Of a DNA stretch of 64,000 nt, positions 11,491 through 25,124 are shown one piece after another (position 1 is the first letter of the stretch; the number at the start of each line of letters is the position of its first letter). Source of the DNA: the human T2T-CHM13v2.0 reference genome, Homo sapiens. A model generated the notes under the pieces. It had not been told where the DNA came from. It was given only the letters and a program-made list of their open reading frames with translations, and ran no database searches. The stretch lies in assembly GCF_009914755.1 (NCBI RefSeq), contig NC_060941.1. The stretch is one strand, 5' to 3'. The position numbers and the translations under genes are program-made.

Positions 11491-13699
11491 TGAATGTTAG
11501 TGATTCTCCATGTGCTGATGTAAAAGTGAGTGACAAGAAGTAATAAACTGAGTTCAGACAATAACGGGCACCATCGTCACCAGATTCAGAGTATTTCCTC
11601 TTGAGGTTTAAATGCTTACCACCACTGAGCACCAACCCGATGCCTGGCCCTCCCTTGCCCCATAGAGGCTCATGCACTGCGTTTTACTGCTCTTCTGTGT
11701 GTAGGGTGGGTTGTTTTCTACCCTCATTACCAAACCAAAAGTGCTATATTTAGACACTGCAACTTGAGCAGTAAATAATTAATTAGTCTAATTAAAGGAG
11801 GAAGGTTTCAACCTGGCAATTTTTAACCAGGCATCAATGCACCCATTGTACCAGCCGAGCCCTCTCACCCGACCCCCTCCCTGCCCATACACCTACCAGC
11901 CTTCCCAGTTGCCTCCCCCTCAGTTGGAGACCAGCATTCCCCCAGATGGCCAGCAGGGTCCACAGGGCCAGACTGTGTCCCTCATGACAAAGTTCCACGC
12001 TCTGCTGTGCTTCCCCATAGAAATAGGTCTGCCGGCAGCTGCACCTCAAAGCTTGCTTTCCCTACCCCCAAAGCTGTGCTGGGCTCCAGGTCTCTGCTCT
12101 CTGCTCTTGGGAAATGTGTAATCTACCTCCCCAGCTCAAGATGCCCCAACAATGCAGCGAGTTTGCATTTCAAGAAACTCCCATTAATATCAATTTACTT
12201 CACTGAAACCTCGGGTTCTTCATCAAGTTGATGATTTATGATAAAATCAATTAAATTACGGCCACTTAGGGCCCAGCCGCTTCCTCTCAGATTTCATTGG
12301 TGCGGGGCCCAAGTGTCTGGTGGAAAAATGCAAGTTTAGCTGGAGGCGAGGAAAGATAATTCTGCGGCTGAGAAAATTTAATGCAAAACAATTTCCAGGC
12401 AAAGCTGGGTGTCTGGACAGAAATGCAAGAGCCACTAGTTGGCCTGCGGAAATTACTATCTGGGGGTCAAAATGTTTTTCTCCCCACCGCCATCCTCCTG
12501 CATGGCTCCCTTACTCTGTTCGTCTTTGTATTATTCACTTGCTCCCCACTCCCAAACAGAGATTTTGGGGGAATTCGAGCAGTAATGGTGGGACACAAGG
12601 CTGCCAAGGTCCAGCCTCAAACCACGGATCTCCCCGATCTTCCCTACCACACCAAGCCTTTTCTCCTTTTGGCCTCCCCTCCTCAACCAACCATACTCAC
12701 TAATTCCTTGGCTTCCCACCACAAAGTTAAAAATTCAAAGTGAAGATGAGGCTGGGTGGGCAGAAGGCACAGGAGGCACACAGGGAAAGGGTAGAGGGGC
12801 AGGGGCCAGGAGGCCAGGCCAAGTGGGCTCTGCTGCATGTGGCTGCGGGAAGAAAAAAGCAGGAAAGAGCACTACTTCGTGGACAGGACAAGGGGCAGTG
12901 TGTCTAGAGCTACCTCATCCCAGAGTTCCAGAACCAGAGAACATGGGGTCTCTCTCCTGGCTCCCAATCTCCCAGCTCACAAAGTGATTCTGCAAACCCA
13001 TCCGCAAAGCCCCACCTGGAGTACATACAGCTCCCGATGTGCAGATGCACTCACACAATACACAAACATACCTACACATGTGCCTGCTTACATGCTCCCT
13101 TTGCATACACCCACCACACTGTGCGCCTGCAAAGGGACAGTTCCCACTATTCTCCCTCATCTGGGAAAATAAATCCCAGTGCGTCAGGCTGGCATCGCTT
13201 CCCACTCCAAGGAGAGGGGCTTCTCTGGCCTCTGCTCTGTTTGGTTTTTGGTTTCCAGAGCAGGCAGGAGTAAACACAGCTTCTCTGAAGCCATAAATCA
13301 CCCCCTTTCCTACCTTCTGGGCTTAACACTCAGCCTCAGTGCAATCCCTTGTAGTTTTGGCTTCAAATAACCCGCTAGGTGCTAAAGGGTTGGGCAATGG
13401 TGGCAGCTGGGTTGTGGAAGCTGACCCAGCGGTCGCCCCCCAACCCCACTGCCCCTAACAGATGCCCCTCACATTTCCCTCAGTACCCACAGCCCCCAAC
13501 TGCCCTGGAAAACCCTCCTGGGCCTCAACGCCCTTTCTGAGCGGGAGGGCTCTCCCATCCCCTAACAAGATCATGTCCACACGCCCACCCAAACAGCTCC
13601 ACATTCCTCCACACTCGTCCTCCACCCCCAGGTCCCTTTACCCCCTTGAAGCCCCCACCCTGCCTTTCAAAGTTGCTCTCATCTTCGTCTTCAATTCGG

Positions 13700-14300
13700 A
13701 TCCCGGCCTGTCCCAGGAGAGAGGCCTGGGGGCGGGGGTCTCAGCCACCCACCTCTGCACCCCCGCCAGGCCCCGAGCGCCCCGGCTCCGCACCCCACAC
13801 TTACCTGTGCGGTCTTCCGCTAGGGCGCGGGCAACGGCGGGCGGCCGGGCGCTGGGTGCGCGCGGGGGCCGACTGCCAGGCCCCGGACCCTCGGCCCAGG
13901 CTGGGGCTCCGCCGCCGCAGCCAGCCGCATCCTAGTCGCTCAACCCGCAGCAACCCCCAGCAACCCCCGAGCGTCCCGCCGAGCTGGGGGAGAGGCCCGG
14001 ATGCGCTCGCCCCCACCCCGCCCCCGCCCCCGCCCCCGGCTTTGTTCGGCCTCCAGGGCCCCAGGAGCGCGCGGATCTGGCACTCCGGGCGCGGCAGACG
14101 CCAGTTTCCTGAGAAGCTCCCACTCCGTCCGGGCCGCGCAGGGCTGCGGGAACCCCGGGCTCGTCTGGCACCGAGCTGAACTCGGGCTTTGAGAGCGGGC
14201 CAAGTTGCCAGGCGAGAGGAGCGGCAACTGACAGGGGCACGGCGAGGCGTAGGGAGCGCCGGGGGCGCCATGGCGGAAGGCGGGCACACCGGCGACTCTT
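13700..14300. promoter_or_regulatory. Intragenic CpG island with a consensus minus-strand splice donor at 13805 (candidate alternative HOXB3 promoter/first exon)
   Basis: High CpG density, GC boxes, CAG|GTAAGT. Confidence 0.55.
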
Positions 14301-17300
14301 CAATGTCACCAGCGAAATGGGTTCCATATGTCCGACCCGGCAGAGAAGGGAGGGGAAGGGAGAGAGTTCTGGGCAGGACAGGAGTGGGGACAGGGAGGGC
14401 GGCAATGGAGGGAACAGAGCAATGGCGAGGGGGCAATAGGAAGGATCAGACGGGCGAGAAAGATTTGCATCTCCCCTTTTCCCTCGAGTTTTCTAAAGCT
14501 GCTTAGGCTGGTAGGAACTTGCTTTCTCTTTTTCCTTTTCTTGTTCTTTCCTGTAAGATGGGGGAGGAAGGAGATTAGTAGGGGAAGCATCCGCTTGTTA
14601 AGGCTGGGAGTTTGAGGGAGATGTGGAATGGAGGTGAAAGTTCTTAGGCGGCTGGAAGATCAACAACTTCCCCAGGTCCCTAGAGAAAAAAAGAGACCAA
14701 ACCCACAAGGGGGAAGAAAAGCCAAGAAAGGATTCCAGGGTCCAGGTGTGAAAGTCCCAACTCCCCCCACCCCCATGATGAAATTCTGTTTGGGGAGGTC
14801 CCAATGATTAAGTTACTGATGCTGGTGATTGTGGTGGAGGCTGAAGTGTCCTGGACATCTTGGCCATTCCCTGGCACTTCAGCTCCTGCCACAGCTGCCT
14901 CACACCTGATTTAGCACCCCCAAGGGCCTACTCTAGAGGCAGTTGTTTCTGAGATGGCCTGGGCTTTGGGCAGCTTCCTGTAAAGAAGGCTGCTAGGGAG
15001 CAGGGAGCCTGGAGGGGCTTCCCTCTGTGCCTGCTCCCCAAAGGGTTTGGGCTTTTTTTCTGTGTTGGGTCTCTCTGTCTTTTCTAACCATCTCTGTTGT
15101 CTCCGTTCCTTTCTCACAGCCCCTTTGTCTTTTTCCAATTCTGCGTCTCTCAGTGTCTTCAGTGAATTTGAATTGAGCCTTGCAAAGGATTTAGGAGTGT
15201 CTCCAGAAATCACTTCTGGGCTCACCCATTAGGTTGAGTCTCTTCTTCCCTTTCCTCTGTGGGGGAACCCACCCTCTATCCAGAGAAATTCTCTTCTAGA
15301 GAGAAGGGGACAAAAGGGGTAGTTTCCTTCCCACTGCCCTTGTTCTCACTTAACTCTGTGTGTGTGTCCCCTTGTGAATTGTGGGGCTCCTTCCTCCAGG
15401 ACAGCCTCCCTTCCCCTCTGACTGGCCTTTGTTTCCACTCTCCCTGTCATCACCTCCTTGGGCTCAGCCTTGACTTCCCATCCCAGAAAGGGATCCTGCT
15501 GCTTGTTCTCTCTCTGGGTCCCTCTCTTCCTCATCTCACTCTTCATCTTTCTATCCAATTCCTCTGGTCACTAAAGCGTTAGCAGCCTGGCTCCTTAAAG
15601 GCACAGAGATAAACGCTGCAATTATATAGAGAGGATACCAGCAGAGAGTTAGGGGAGAAGACAGAGTCAGCAGCTTTCTTAGAGCTCTGTCTACCAGATG
15701 CATTCTATCCCAACCCCTGAACAACACAAAAGCAAATCAGTGGGGTGGAGGGTGCAGGACTGGTAAGAGACAGGGTGCTTCATAGCTAAATGAAGCAAAT
15801 GTATATATAAACAACAAAGTCCTTTCAAACTTGCTGATTTGGGGTAGGCCTAGATGCCTGGATGGAAGGCATTAGGCATCACGTGGGGGATTTACCAGAT
15901 AATGGTGGCAAGGGATGGTCCCCTTGCTTTGTCTCCTGGGGAAGAGTCTGTGCGTGTTGGGGAAAGGGAAGGGGAGGGGGTATCAGTGTCACCTCCTCTC
16001 CTCTGGGCCAGAGGAGACAAAGACCTGAAGAGGGCTGAAAGAATAAAGAGGAAAAGCTGGTGGAGTGGGGGTGGGGGTGGTTGGTCAGACTTCCACGTCA
16101 CAGGCAAAGGTAGCAGCAGGAGGGGAGATGGAAAAGGGTTGGGGAGGAGGAGTTGCAAACGCAGGGGGAAGGGGCCTGTGGGACTGGCTCTCCATGCTAG
16201 CTATGGGCTGGCCCAAAGAGCAGATCCTTTTCTTTCCCATCTTTCAAAGCATGCTGAATTCAGAAGCTAATACAAATGATTCTACCCTCTTCCTTCTCTG
16301 TCATGTCCCTCCTCCTCCCCATGGAAGAAGTGATCCTTCCCTGCTCTCTCAAAAACTCCAAGACTTTGCCCTAACTCTGGACCACCAGTTTGAGGGAGAA
16401 CGCACCCTCTTCACAGTCATACCCCCCAACACTTTCCAGATGAGGGAGAAGTAGAACTGCTTGCCTCTCACACTGAATGTGTGTGGGATTCTCCAACACT
16501 CAAGGAGTGGGTGGGGAATGAGACTGAAAGGTTTGGAGCCCCTATGCCCCAGGTCTCTTTGCTGCCTCTGCCAGCCCTTCCCACCTCCTCACAATCTCCA
16601 GTGCTGTCAAAGCTGCCCCTGTATCCAGACTTTTCCCTAGTTCTTTTTATCCAGGTCAGACAGTGCCTCTACCCATCCCAGCCTTGGGTCCTGGCCTTCT
16701 CTTTCTCCCCAAACCCTTTTCAACTGAGACTCCTGAATTGGGAGGCTTCACCCACTACCCACTGAGAATCCCTTGTTAACATGGATGAGACTCAGTGTTC
16801 ACTTGGAGCAGAGTGTGGGAGCGAGCTCCTGGATGCTGCAGGGACTGGGGCCTAAGCTGCCACTCCACGTAGTGGATGCCATGAATAATTAACACCTGGG
16901 CGCGGCGTTGCTCTAACTTCCCTGCTCAAAGGTTTACACTAGCAGGCAGAGTTAAATATCACAGATAATCGTGGCTATAAAGTCAGTTGGCCTGGCTCCA
17001 GTCAGGGAATGAGGGGCCAACAGCTGGGACTGGAGTTGGTGAAGGCTCTGGCCCTCTGCACCTCATCCATCACAACTTTGGGGCACAGTGCAGAACATTC
17101 CCCAAAGCCACCTCTGGCTTTGCTCTTGACCAGCAGCCTCTCCCCTAGTAGGAAGGAACTGTGACCTCCACATGAAACTATAGGAGAAAGTTAACAGCTC
17201 TTCCCCTCCCTCTCCAATCTGCACCCCGTTTGCTCCCTTTTTGGATGGGGACTTAGTTAAAAGAACACACCCAACATCCTCCAACACTCCCAACTTTCTG

Positions 17301-20300
17301 GGACCACCTGATTCCTAGAACATTTCTTTTCTAGAAAAACTTCGGAGAACTTCTCCCCACTTTAGCCCCAAACACAGAGTCCCTCACTGCTGAGGAAACT
17401 TTTCTTTGTTTCAGCAGGTCAAAGGAAGGCTCCTGGGGTGTGAATTCATTTCCTTGTTTTGTTAGCCAGGAGGGTGGGGAGCCAAAGCTTTCAGCTTCTC
17501 TCCCTGCCCTTCACCCTCTGCTTGCCTCCATTGTCTCCCCCAATTTGGGTAATTCCTTTTCCACCTTCGACCACCCCCCAGACACATCAGTCCTATAAAT
17601 TAAGCTTTAATAATGTAACGGAACCCCTCCCATCCCTTTCCAATTGCACAGAACTTTGATTTGGTCTCCATTGATCACAAAAATATTTGCCTTCAACTCC
17701 AGTAATTTCTTTCTCCACTTCCACCTCTCTTACTCTAAGGCTCCTTCTGCCTTCAGAGTTGGGTTTGTTCATCCAGGGCTGGAGTTGGAGAAGCCAAACT
17801 CCTGGAGGGGAGCTGCTAAAAAATGGAGCTCTGTCTGCTGCTGCAGGAATGTTGGCTCTATCAGGCTCACAAATATAATTTTTATATTAGACCATGGTCA
17901 TTGACTGGGTTTATATGCCAATGAGGCATTTCTGGTTTACCAAATTTATGAAAATCTCGCTTTAATTGATAATCACAGATGCTGTAATTTAAGACCTCCA
18001 GCTATAGAGCTTTCATATTAACTGCTGATATATTACTGTAAATCGTCTGAAATAACCAACTCCTGGGAGCAGAGCAGAGAGGGAGGAAGTGCCTCCGAGA
18101 GCGACTCTCTCCCGGCCGGCCGCAGAAACAGCCCAGCTTCCACATCATTTTCCGTGAAAAATGATTTATCGAAGACATGGCCATAAACAACACAACTCGC
18201 TCACAAACACACGCAGACGCGCACGCACACACACGCGCGCACACACACACACACAATGGCTGGCATGCCGGCTGAGAAGCTGACACCCATATTGCTATAA
18301 ATCAAGAAAAAGGTTGGAGGACAGAGGGAGAGAGGGAGAGGGAGGGAGGGAGAAAGAGAGAGAGAGAAAAGAAGAATATTCCTAAAATCTCTATGCAATG
18401 CCTCAATGGGCATAAACACACAGAGCACCGTGTGAAGAGAAATGGCAGGAAATGAAGATGGCTATTTGTCACATTTTACGACAATAACATTAATAACAAA
18501 CAATAAATTTACATGGACATATAAGACGCGGTAGGTAGTGAGAAATCCCTTCTACTTACAATACCCCAGCCCGCGGTGTGGCTCCGGCTGCGGGGCTGTT
18601 TTATTGCTGTCTCCCTTTCTTTCTCTCTCTCTCTCTCCCTCTCTCTCTCCCCCTCTCTCTTTTTTTTTCTCGGGGTACAGGCTTGTTTTTCAAAGGACAG
18701 TTGAATTGCACGTCAGAAACAGGGAGACCGAGCCTGCGATTTTCCTGACGAATACATATCTATTCTGCAACCTCGGCATTAATTATTTAATGAATCACGT
18801 GACCGGGAGGGGGAAGGGGGTCTTTCGATTTCAGGCTCAAAGGACCACTATGACCTTCCCCTTCAGGAGGAGAAATTTTCCTGCAAAATAAGTTCCCCCT
18901 CAACCCACCAATGGAACAGTAGTGAGGTCTCCGTCTGTCTCCCACACTCACATCCATACCTACTACATCTGCAGCTCCCTAACCCCCATGGACACACACT
19001 TACCCACAGCCCACCTCTCCTCTCTCCCTTCTCCTCCTGCTTCTGCTTAGTTCGTGGAGGTGCAGAAATAGTCTGCAGGGGCGTCTAGGGGGTGGGGGTG
19101 GGGTGGGCTCAGAGCCCTTCTCCAAGCCCCTGGATTTCTCAGCTTCCAGTTCTTCTCTCTGCATCCTTTAGGATTAAGGTTCCCTCCCCAACTCCATTTT
19201 TTCCCCAACTCCTGGGGATATTTACTTGAGTGAGACCCACTCCCTCTCTTCCTAAATAATGGACAAAATTTCTGAAGGAGCCACTTTGAAAATAAACACT
19301 TCATAAGTCCATGGTATAAGTGGATAAATAATGGGGCTTCTGGCTTTATTCTCGTTTTGATCTTTTCTGGTACCTTTTGAAGGGGCAAAAAAGGGACAGG
19401 GTGAAGAGATTACTCTGGAGCTTCCAGAGTTGAGAATAACCGCAAGGGGGACTTTTTTCCCTGTTGTGTTGTTACTACTATAGGAAATCAAATGCGACTG
19501 ACCGTTTGAAAATAGATTCTAGAGACAAAGACTGGGACTAAGGTTTCTACACAAAAGAATCGGACTGTCAGCCTCTCTCTACCTATGTCACACCCTGTCT
19601 CATTTCCCCCGCTTCCCAAACCCACCAGTGAAGACAGCTGGAGATTTGAACAGGAGAGGAGGGAAAAGAAAAGAAAAGCTTTGAAGTCAGCCTGGCAGCC
19701 CCAGGATCCCTATTTCCCAGGTGTTAGCACCCCGAGCTTCCAATCAACAAACAATGGAGGCTGATCAGTGGGAAAAAGATGGGGGATGGCTATGCCTGTT
19801 AAAGGGTTAAATACCAGGGACTATCTATTCCCCAGGCCTAAAGAGAGAGACACACACAGACCCCTTCAACTCAAATATAAACAAAATAAAACAAAAACAA
19901 CCCCCCATCCAAACTTGACCAGTTACGTGCAACTAGAATCAGAGTTCTCGGCCGGGGCATGGGATGGGGGGTGGGGATGCAAAGGGAAGCAGAAAAGACA
20001 TTCCTGAAGAAGTCGCAGCCTTATCTGTCCTCAGCAGCTCTGGAGGCAGCCAGGACCACAGCCTCCGGGGCAGGCAGGGAATCCAGGAAGAATGAGCTTC
20101 AGGGTACGGGAGCAGGGGTCTGAGGGGCCTCCCCCGGCTTGTTCGAAGGGGTCTAAACCAAAAGCAACTCAGTGGAGAGAAGGTTGAGGACCCGGTTGTC
20201 TTAACAAGCCCCAAAGAAACAGCCACCCCGGTGTCGGCCTCGGAGGTTCCAGCTACAGTGGCAGCTGCACAGCTTCTGCCCCAGCTAAGAGCACTGGAAT

Positions 20301-22538
20301 CTGCTCTGGCCTCATGGGGTGGGGGCGCCGGCCAGGCCTGGACTCTGTAGGGGAGGTGGTCAGCTTTGATTGTCCAGATACAAAACACAGACTGGTATTG
20401 AATTCAGCCTGATCCCGATGTGGGCCCTGCTCCCGGCTCCAGCGAGGGCAACTCCCTGAAACGTTCTGGCCACAAATCCATTAAAAATGGTCCTCCAGAG
20501 AAAAACACTCTGCTAAAGTCTAAAATGAAAATAGAGAGAGAGCAGAGAGAGGAGAGAGAAATGCTGGATGTGGGAAGACAGCAATCTCTAAAACGGAGAA
20601 ATAATTTTTAAGGACAAGAAAAAGAACAGCAAAATGACACGAAGGCACGCCAGCAGGTTCTGTTAAAATGACCATACTCTTTTCGGATCCTGGGAATGTC
20701 CACGTTCAAATAAACAAGCGCCTGATCGCGAGCCGAGCACTTTCTTGCTGCCGATAAAGCGAACGTTTACACTGTGAGAAAGGCGAGATTGATTTACGAA
20801 TCTGAACGCGCCAGTTTTATGGCTGATCACAAATCCGTCAGCGCTCAACTCACGCTGAGAAACTTCCCAACTCCGTTTTCCAACCAGACCCCCTCCCCAG
20901 CTGCCGCTTCCCAGGGAGACCCACTGCCAGCGCTGGGGCCGCCTTCAAGGGCTCTGGCAGAACTGGGCAACCCCCTCTGCCCAGGACAGGCGGGTGGAAG
21001 TAGGAGGGAGAATGGGGAGGGCCGAGGGAACTGGGGAGAAAGAGGGAAAGAAGTCAAAAGGTTGGGAGGACTGGAGTGGCACTAGGATTGTCTGGAGTGA
21101 AGGAAATGGGAGATCTGGCAGTTCCTCTTAGTGAACCCCAGGCTTCCCTGACTATGGTCTCTCTCCTTTTCCCTTTGGTGGGCCCTAATCCTCACATTGC
21201 AGAAAGCAGTTTGTAAAGTCCTCGGCGACTAGGTCTTTGTCACTTGAGCCTGTAGAAGGCCCACAACTGGCTATCTGCCCTTACAGGTAATGAATACACA
21301 TCTCCCTGAGCCCCATATATTTTTAGTCCAGGAGCAGCCTAGCTAGCTTTGTGCTCATCCTCTGTCTTTCCTGAGGCCTCCAGCCCCTCTACTTATGCCA
21401 CCCAGGGACAAAGGAGAGAGTATCAACCACTCCAGTTATTTCTTGCCTGAGATAGAGTCCCCAAATGTCAAGAAACAATTTACAAAATGCAAACCAACAA
21501 CCCACATATCCCAGCAAGGTTCTGTCTCTCCTAGTCTTAACTGAAGGGTAACATTTCATCTTCCCAGCCAGCGTCTGTCTGTATCTGTCTCTCTTTCTCT
21601 TTCTCTTTGTCTCTGTCTCTCCCTAAGAGGGTGGCTGCTGGTGTGGATTTTTAAGATACAGCAAACAGAATACAGTTTTTGGAAAGGCTCTATGTTCAGG
21701 GCTCACTGTTTGGCAAATCCTTCACCTATTTCTTAAAAGTTTCTGGAAACTTTGGCTAACCTGGGACAGCAGGCCCTGGAAAGTACTCAGAATAGCCTGC
21801 ACTGATCCTCCTCCCATTTCCCTTGCTCCTCTGGTGGGTGAGGCACTCCAAGGGCTTTTTTCATTATTGAGGAGATTGAGAATTAGGGGAAAGAGGTAAA
21901 GGTAGTTATAGAAATAGCTTCCTCAACAAATGAACTTCAGAAAATGGGTTGACAGGCTGTGGATTTGGATGTCAGCCCTCAGGGAGATGACAGCCTCTGA
22001 AGCAATGTTCAGGGCGGATAAGCCCTTTCTCTCCTCGCAGCCCAGGAGTTTATTCCCCTGGCCCTCTGAAGCCTTGTGGATTAGGCCCCTCCAACCTCTC
22101 ATATCTTCTCCCTTTGTCTTTCTTCCCTCAGTTCCCTCCAGGTGAAATAGTAAAGAGATGAACTGGACCTGGGAGTGGTTGCGGGGAGGATGGCTGGAGC
22201 CTGGACTGCTGAAGGTGCTGTGTACAGAGAGACAGATTAGCACCCTACTTTCGTCCCCCAACTGGACCCTTGGGCTAAAAATCTTTACGTTTTTTTCCCC
22301 CAGTGGGCAGTAATAGAAAAATAATCCAAAATTTCCAAAATAGCAAAGATGGGTTTGGGGCCTAGAGGGGGATGGAGAAGATGGGACATATGATGGGCCA
22401 AGGACCCCTCCCTGCAGAGGTGTGACTCTCCCTCCTGGGCAGGAGGCAAATGCCAACACAATGTCCAGTCTCAGCGAGGTCAAGGGGCTTCCGAGGTCAT
22501 TTTGTGGTTCTAATACTGAGCTAATCGCCTAGAAAACG

Positions 22539-22555
22539 TGGCCTCTCCATGAACT
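22539..22555 (-). promoter_or_regulatory. DR5 RARE of the HOXB4 early neural enhancer (ENE)
   Basis: AGTTCA-tggag-AGGCCA, 3' of HOXB4; matches the recalled ENE RARE. Confidence 0.75.
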
Positions 22556-23425
22556 CTCTCTCCTGCCAGCCTCCCGCCTCCAAACCCTAAGTGAGGCCTC
22601 AGGGAAAAAGGGCCAACACATTCAGGTCGGCTGCAGAGCCCACTGACTCCCTCAGCCTAAGAAACAGGGCTGCAGAGGAGAGAACAGAGACCTCAAATTA
22701 GGAGAGCAAAGGGAAACCAAACCAAACCAAACCAACATTGCTCCTCCAGGAAGAAGGCTGGGGGGACAGAGCAGAAGAGAAATATTTCTGCATCAGTCCA
22801 CCTTGTCTGTGAACTGAGCAGTTTCCTGCTCCAGAGAGTAGCACATATTTGTCTAGAATCCCAAGCTAGACACAAGAAGAAAAAAAAGAACATATCCACT
22901 TATACCCGCTCCAAAGCTGGAACATTCCATCCAAGCACTGGATTTGATTTTTCCAAGAGGCAGCAGTGACAACGTCTCACTGGTAAACAGGCATAGGGGA
23001 CACCAGTACCCAGTGTAGACAAGCAGAGTCACAGGAACACACCGACCACATGTGGACCTCACTAGACACACCCATGCACACATGCTGGGGCTCGCTGTGC
23101 CTGCCTGCATTTTCCAAAACCAGAAAAGCGCTTCTGAACTGCCTCACAAAACAACCGTCTTCTCTGGGGTTTTTCATGGGCCCTGACACCTCAGTCCCAA
23201 CCAGTTCAAACACTCTCCAGGTGTCGAGGCCCCTCTTTCTCTCCCTCTGACCCAAGCATCAGTCATCATAAAAGGGAGCAAACCTGCCGAAGCATCCACC
23301 ATAAAAACCCAGCCAAGAAAGTTAAAAAAGAAAAAGGAAGAGGCGAGAGAGTGTTTCTTCTTTCAGTTGTGAAAAGAGCTCATAAAACGATCAAAACACG
23401 CCAGCCCGGGCCCGGGCTTTGTTAC

Positions 23426-23640
23426 CTTTGCGCCTCTCGCCTCCTCTCGCCCGAACTCTGCAGATCCCATTCATGACGAAGGGCTTCTTCCAAACTGAGA
23501 GAAAAAAGTTTTCAACTTTATGGTTCCAAATTTTTTCCCCCTTGCAGATCCGGGAGAGACGGCTAACACTTTTTTCCCCCAACAGCCGGTCCAAGGAGAT
23601 TTGCTGTTGAATAATAACAAAGGAGAGAGGATACGTATTT
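23426..23640 (-). other. HOXB3: Distal non-coding HOXB3 first exon (5' boundary uncertain, may extend to about 24040)
   Basis: Donor gcgcaaag|gtaaca at 23424-23425, next to the CR3 enhancer. Confidence 0.6.
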
Positions 23641-23649
23641 AAAGAAAAG

Positions 23650-23679
23650 AAGTGATTAATGGTTTTCTGTATAATTCTC
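23650..23679. promoter_or_regulatory. HOXB3/HOXB4 shared late neural enhancer core (CR3, HS1+HS2 Hox-binding sites)
   Basis: aagtgattaatggttttctgtataattctc containing the PBX-HOX4-type site TGATTAATGG plus a second TAAT core. Confidence 0.75.
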
Positions 23680-25118
23680 ACATTTTTCTTAGCTCTTGTC
23701 TACACAGAATGGCTGTGAACTTTAAGCTCCATAGAAATCTTTTTTTTTTAAATTCTATTCATACCTTCCAAAGAGCAGCTTTGATTTGGTTCTTTAGAGA
23801 CATTCCTTAGGGGGGCATATGCTTTTTAAGAACTATTTTCCCCCTCAACTGGGGCTGCGGCATCCCCTTGCAGCTAAACCACCACACCGCAATCCGACCG
23901 AAATAAAGCTCGCCCCTCTCATCCTCCAGGTCCACGATGATTTTTTTACGAGTCTCCCAGCAGCATTTAAACGGACAGTTCAGCAGCTCTTTTGCGGCTG
24001 GGGACACCGGCCTGTCGGTTCCCCCTGCCCTACCCAGCCTCCAACTACCGGAGCTGCAAGCTGGAGGAATGCAAAATAAATAACAATAAAACGCGCGGGT
24101 GGGATTGGTTCTTTTTATTTTCTGAAAGGAGATGGGACTGAAAAAACGACTTTTAATTGCATATGCTCTCCCGAGCCCCGAGCTTTTTGGAGATGTGGTG
24201 GCTGCACCCTGGATGACCAATAGACCAGAGACCCTGAGGCTGGAGCCCCCAGACCTTAGAACTTCCAAGCAGTGCTGCACAAAAGCAATCTGAGCCTGAC
24301 AGAGCTTCTGAGGGTCACCTGCACCCCTTTCCCCTACCCCCACTCCATTCTAGGGGTGACTGGGACCTCAGAGACAGAAAGCTATTTGGTCCCCAGTCAT
24401 ACTTTCGATACTTTCTATGAGAAAGAAAATGAAAATTAATACTGGAGCAAGGCTTCACAAAAGAGGCCATTTGTCTTCTTGATTATCTATTTGCTTGTCA
24501 GAGTTTGAGCTATGGCACTGGCTAGCTTCTTTGTAATATAAAAATACTCTGAAAACCTGCAAACACCCAGAAACATCTGTGCAAAAAATTATACTCATTA
24601 AAGCCTTAAACACCTCAGAGGAAAGCGATACCTTCTTATGCTGCGAGGAAAGAGGCCAGCCTCATGGAATCCTCTCTCGGAACTTTAATAACCAAAGAGC
24701 CTTCTGTCTAAAAGGAGACAGCTTAACCGCATTTTATTTGCTTATGACAAATAAATCACGATATGAAAGGCTTTGCCGTACTTAAGCCTCTTGTGTCCTA
24801 CAATGAAACATTTTCCCCCATTAGGGACTGGAATCAGCCTTCCCAGTCCTTTCAATCCATTTTTGGACTGAAGGGAAAAAATTAAAAGCCCCAAAACAAA
24901 ACACACCCACCCTAAAAGGAAAACAAACCAGCCACCACAATTTGGAGTCCTCTGAGATAAAAATTCCCATCAGACTCTTTGAAAAAAATCTTCAACCACA
25001 CACAATGTGGGGCTGAACCCAGTAGGGTGCTTAAAATATACACTGGGTGGCATTTGTCCATATCTTTACGCCAATGTTTCAACAAAAACACGCTGTGCTG
25101 GTCACAAGAAACCAAACA

Positions 25119-25124
25119 TTTATT
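25119..25124 (-). terminator. HOXB4: HOXB4 distal polyadenylation signal
   Basis: AATAAA on minus strand followed by a GU/U-rich downstream element; a proximal AATAAA lies at 26168-26173. Confidence 0.7.

Noticed and set aside
18532-18539. miR-196 8mer match
   Set aside because: Intronic, not in a supported 3'UTR; likely chance
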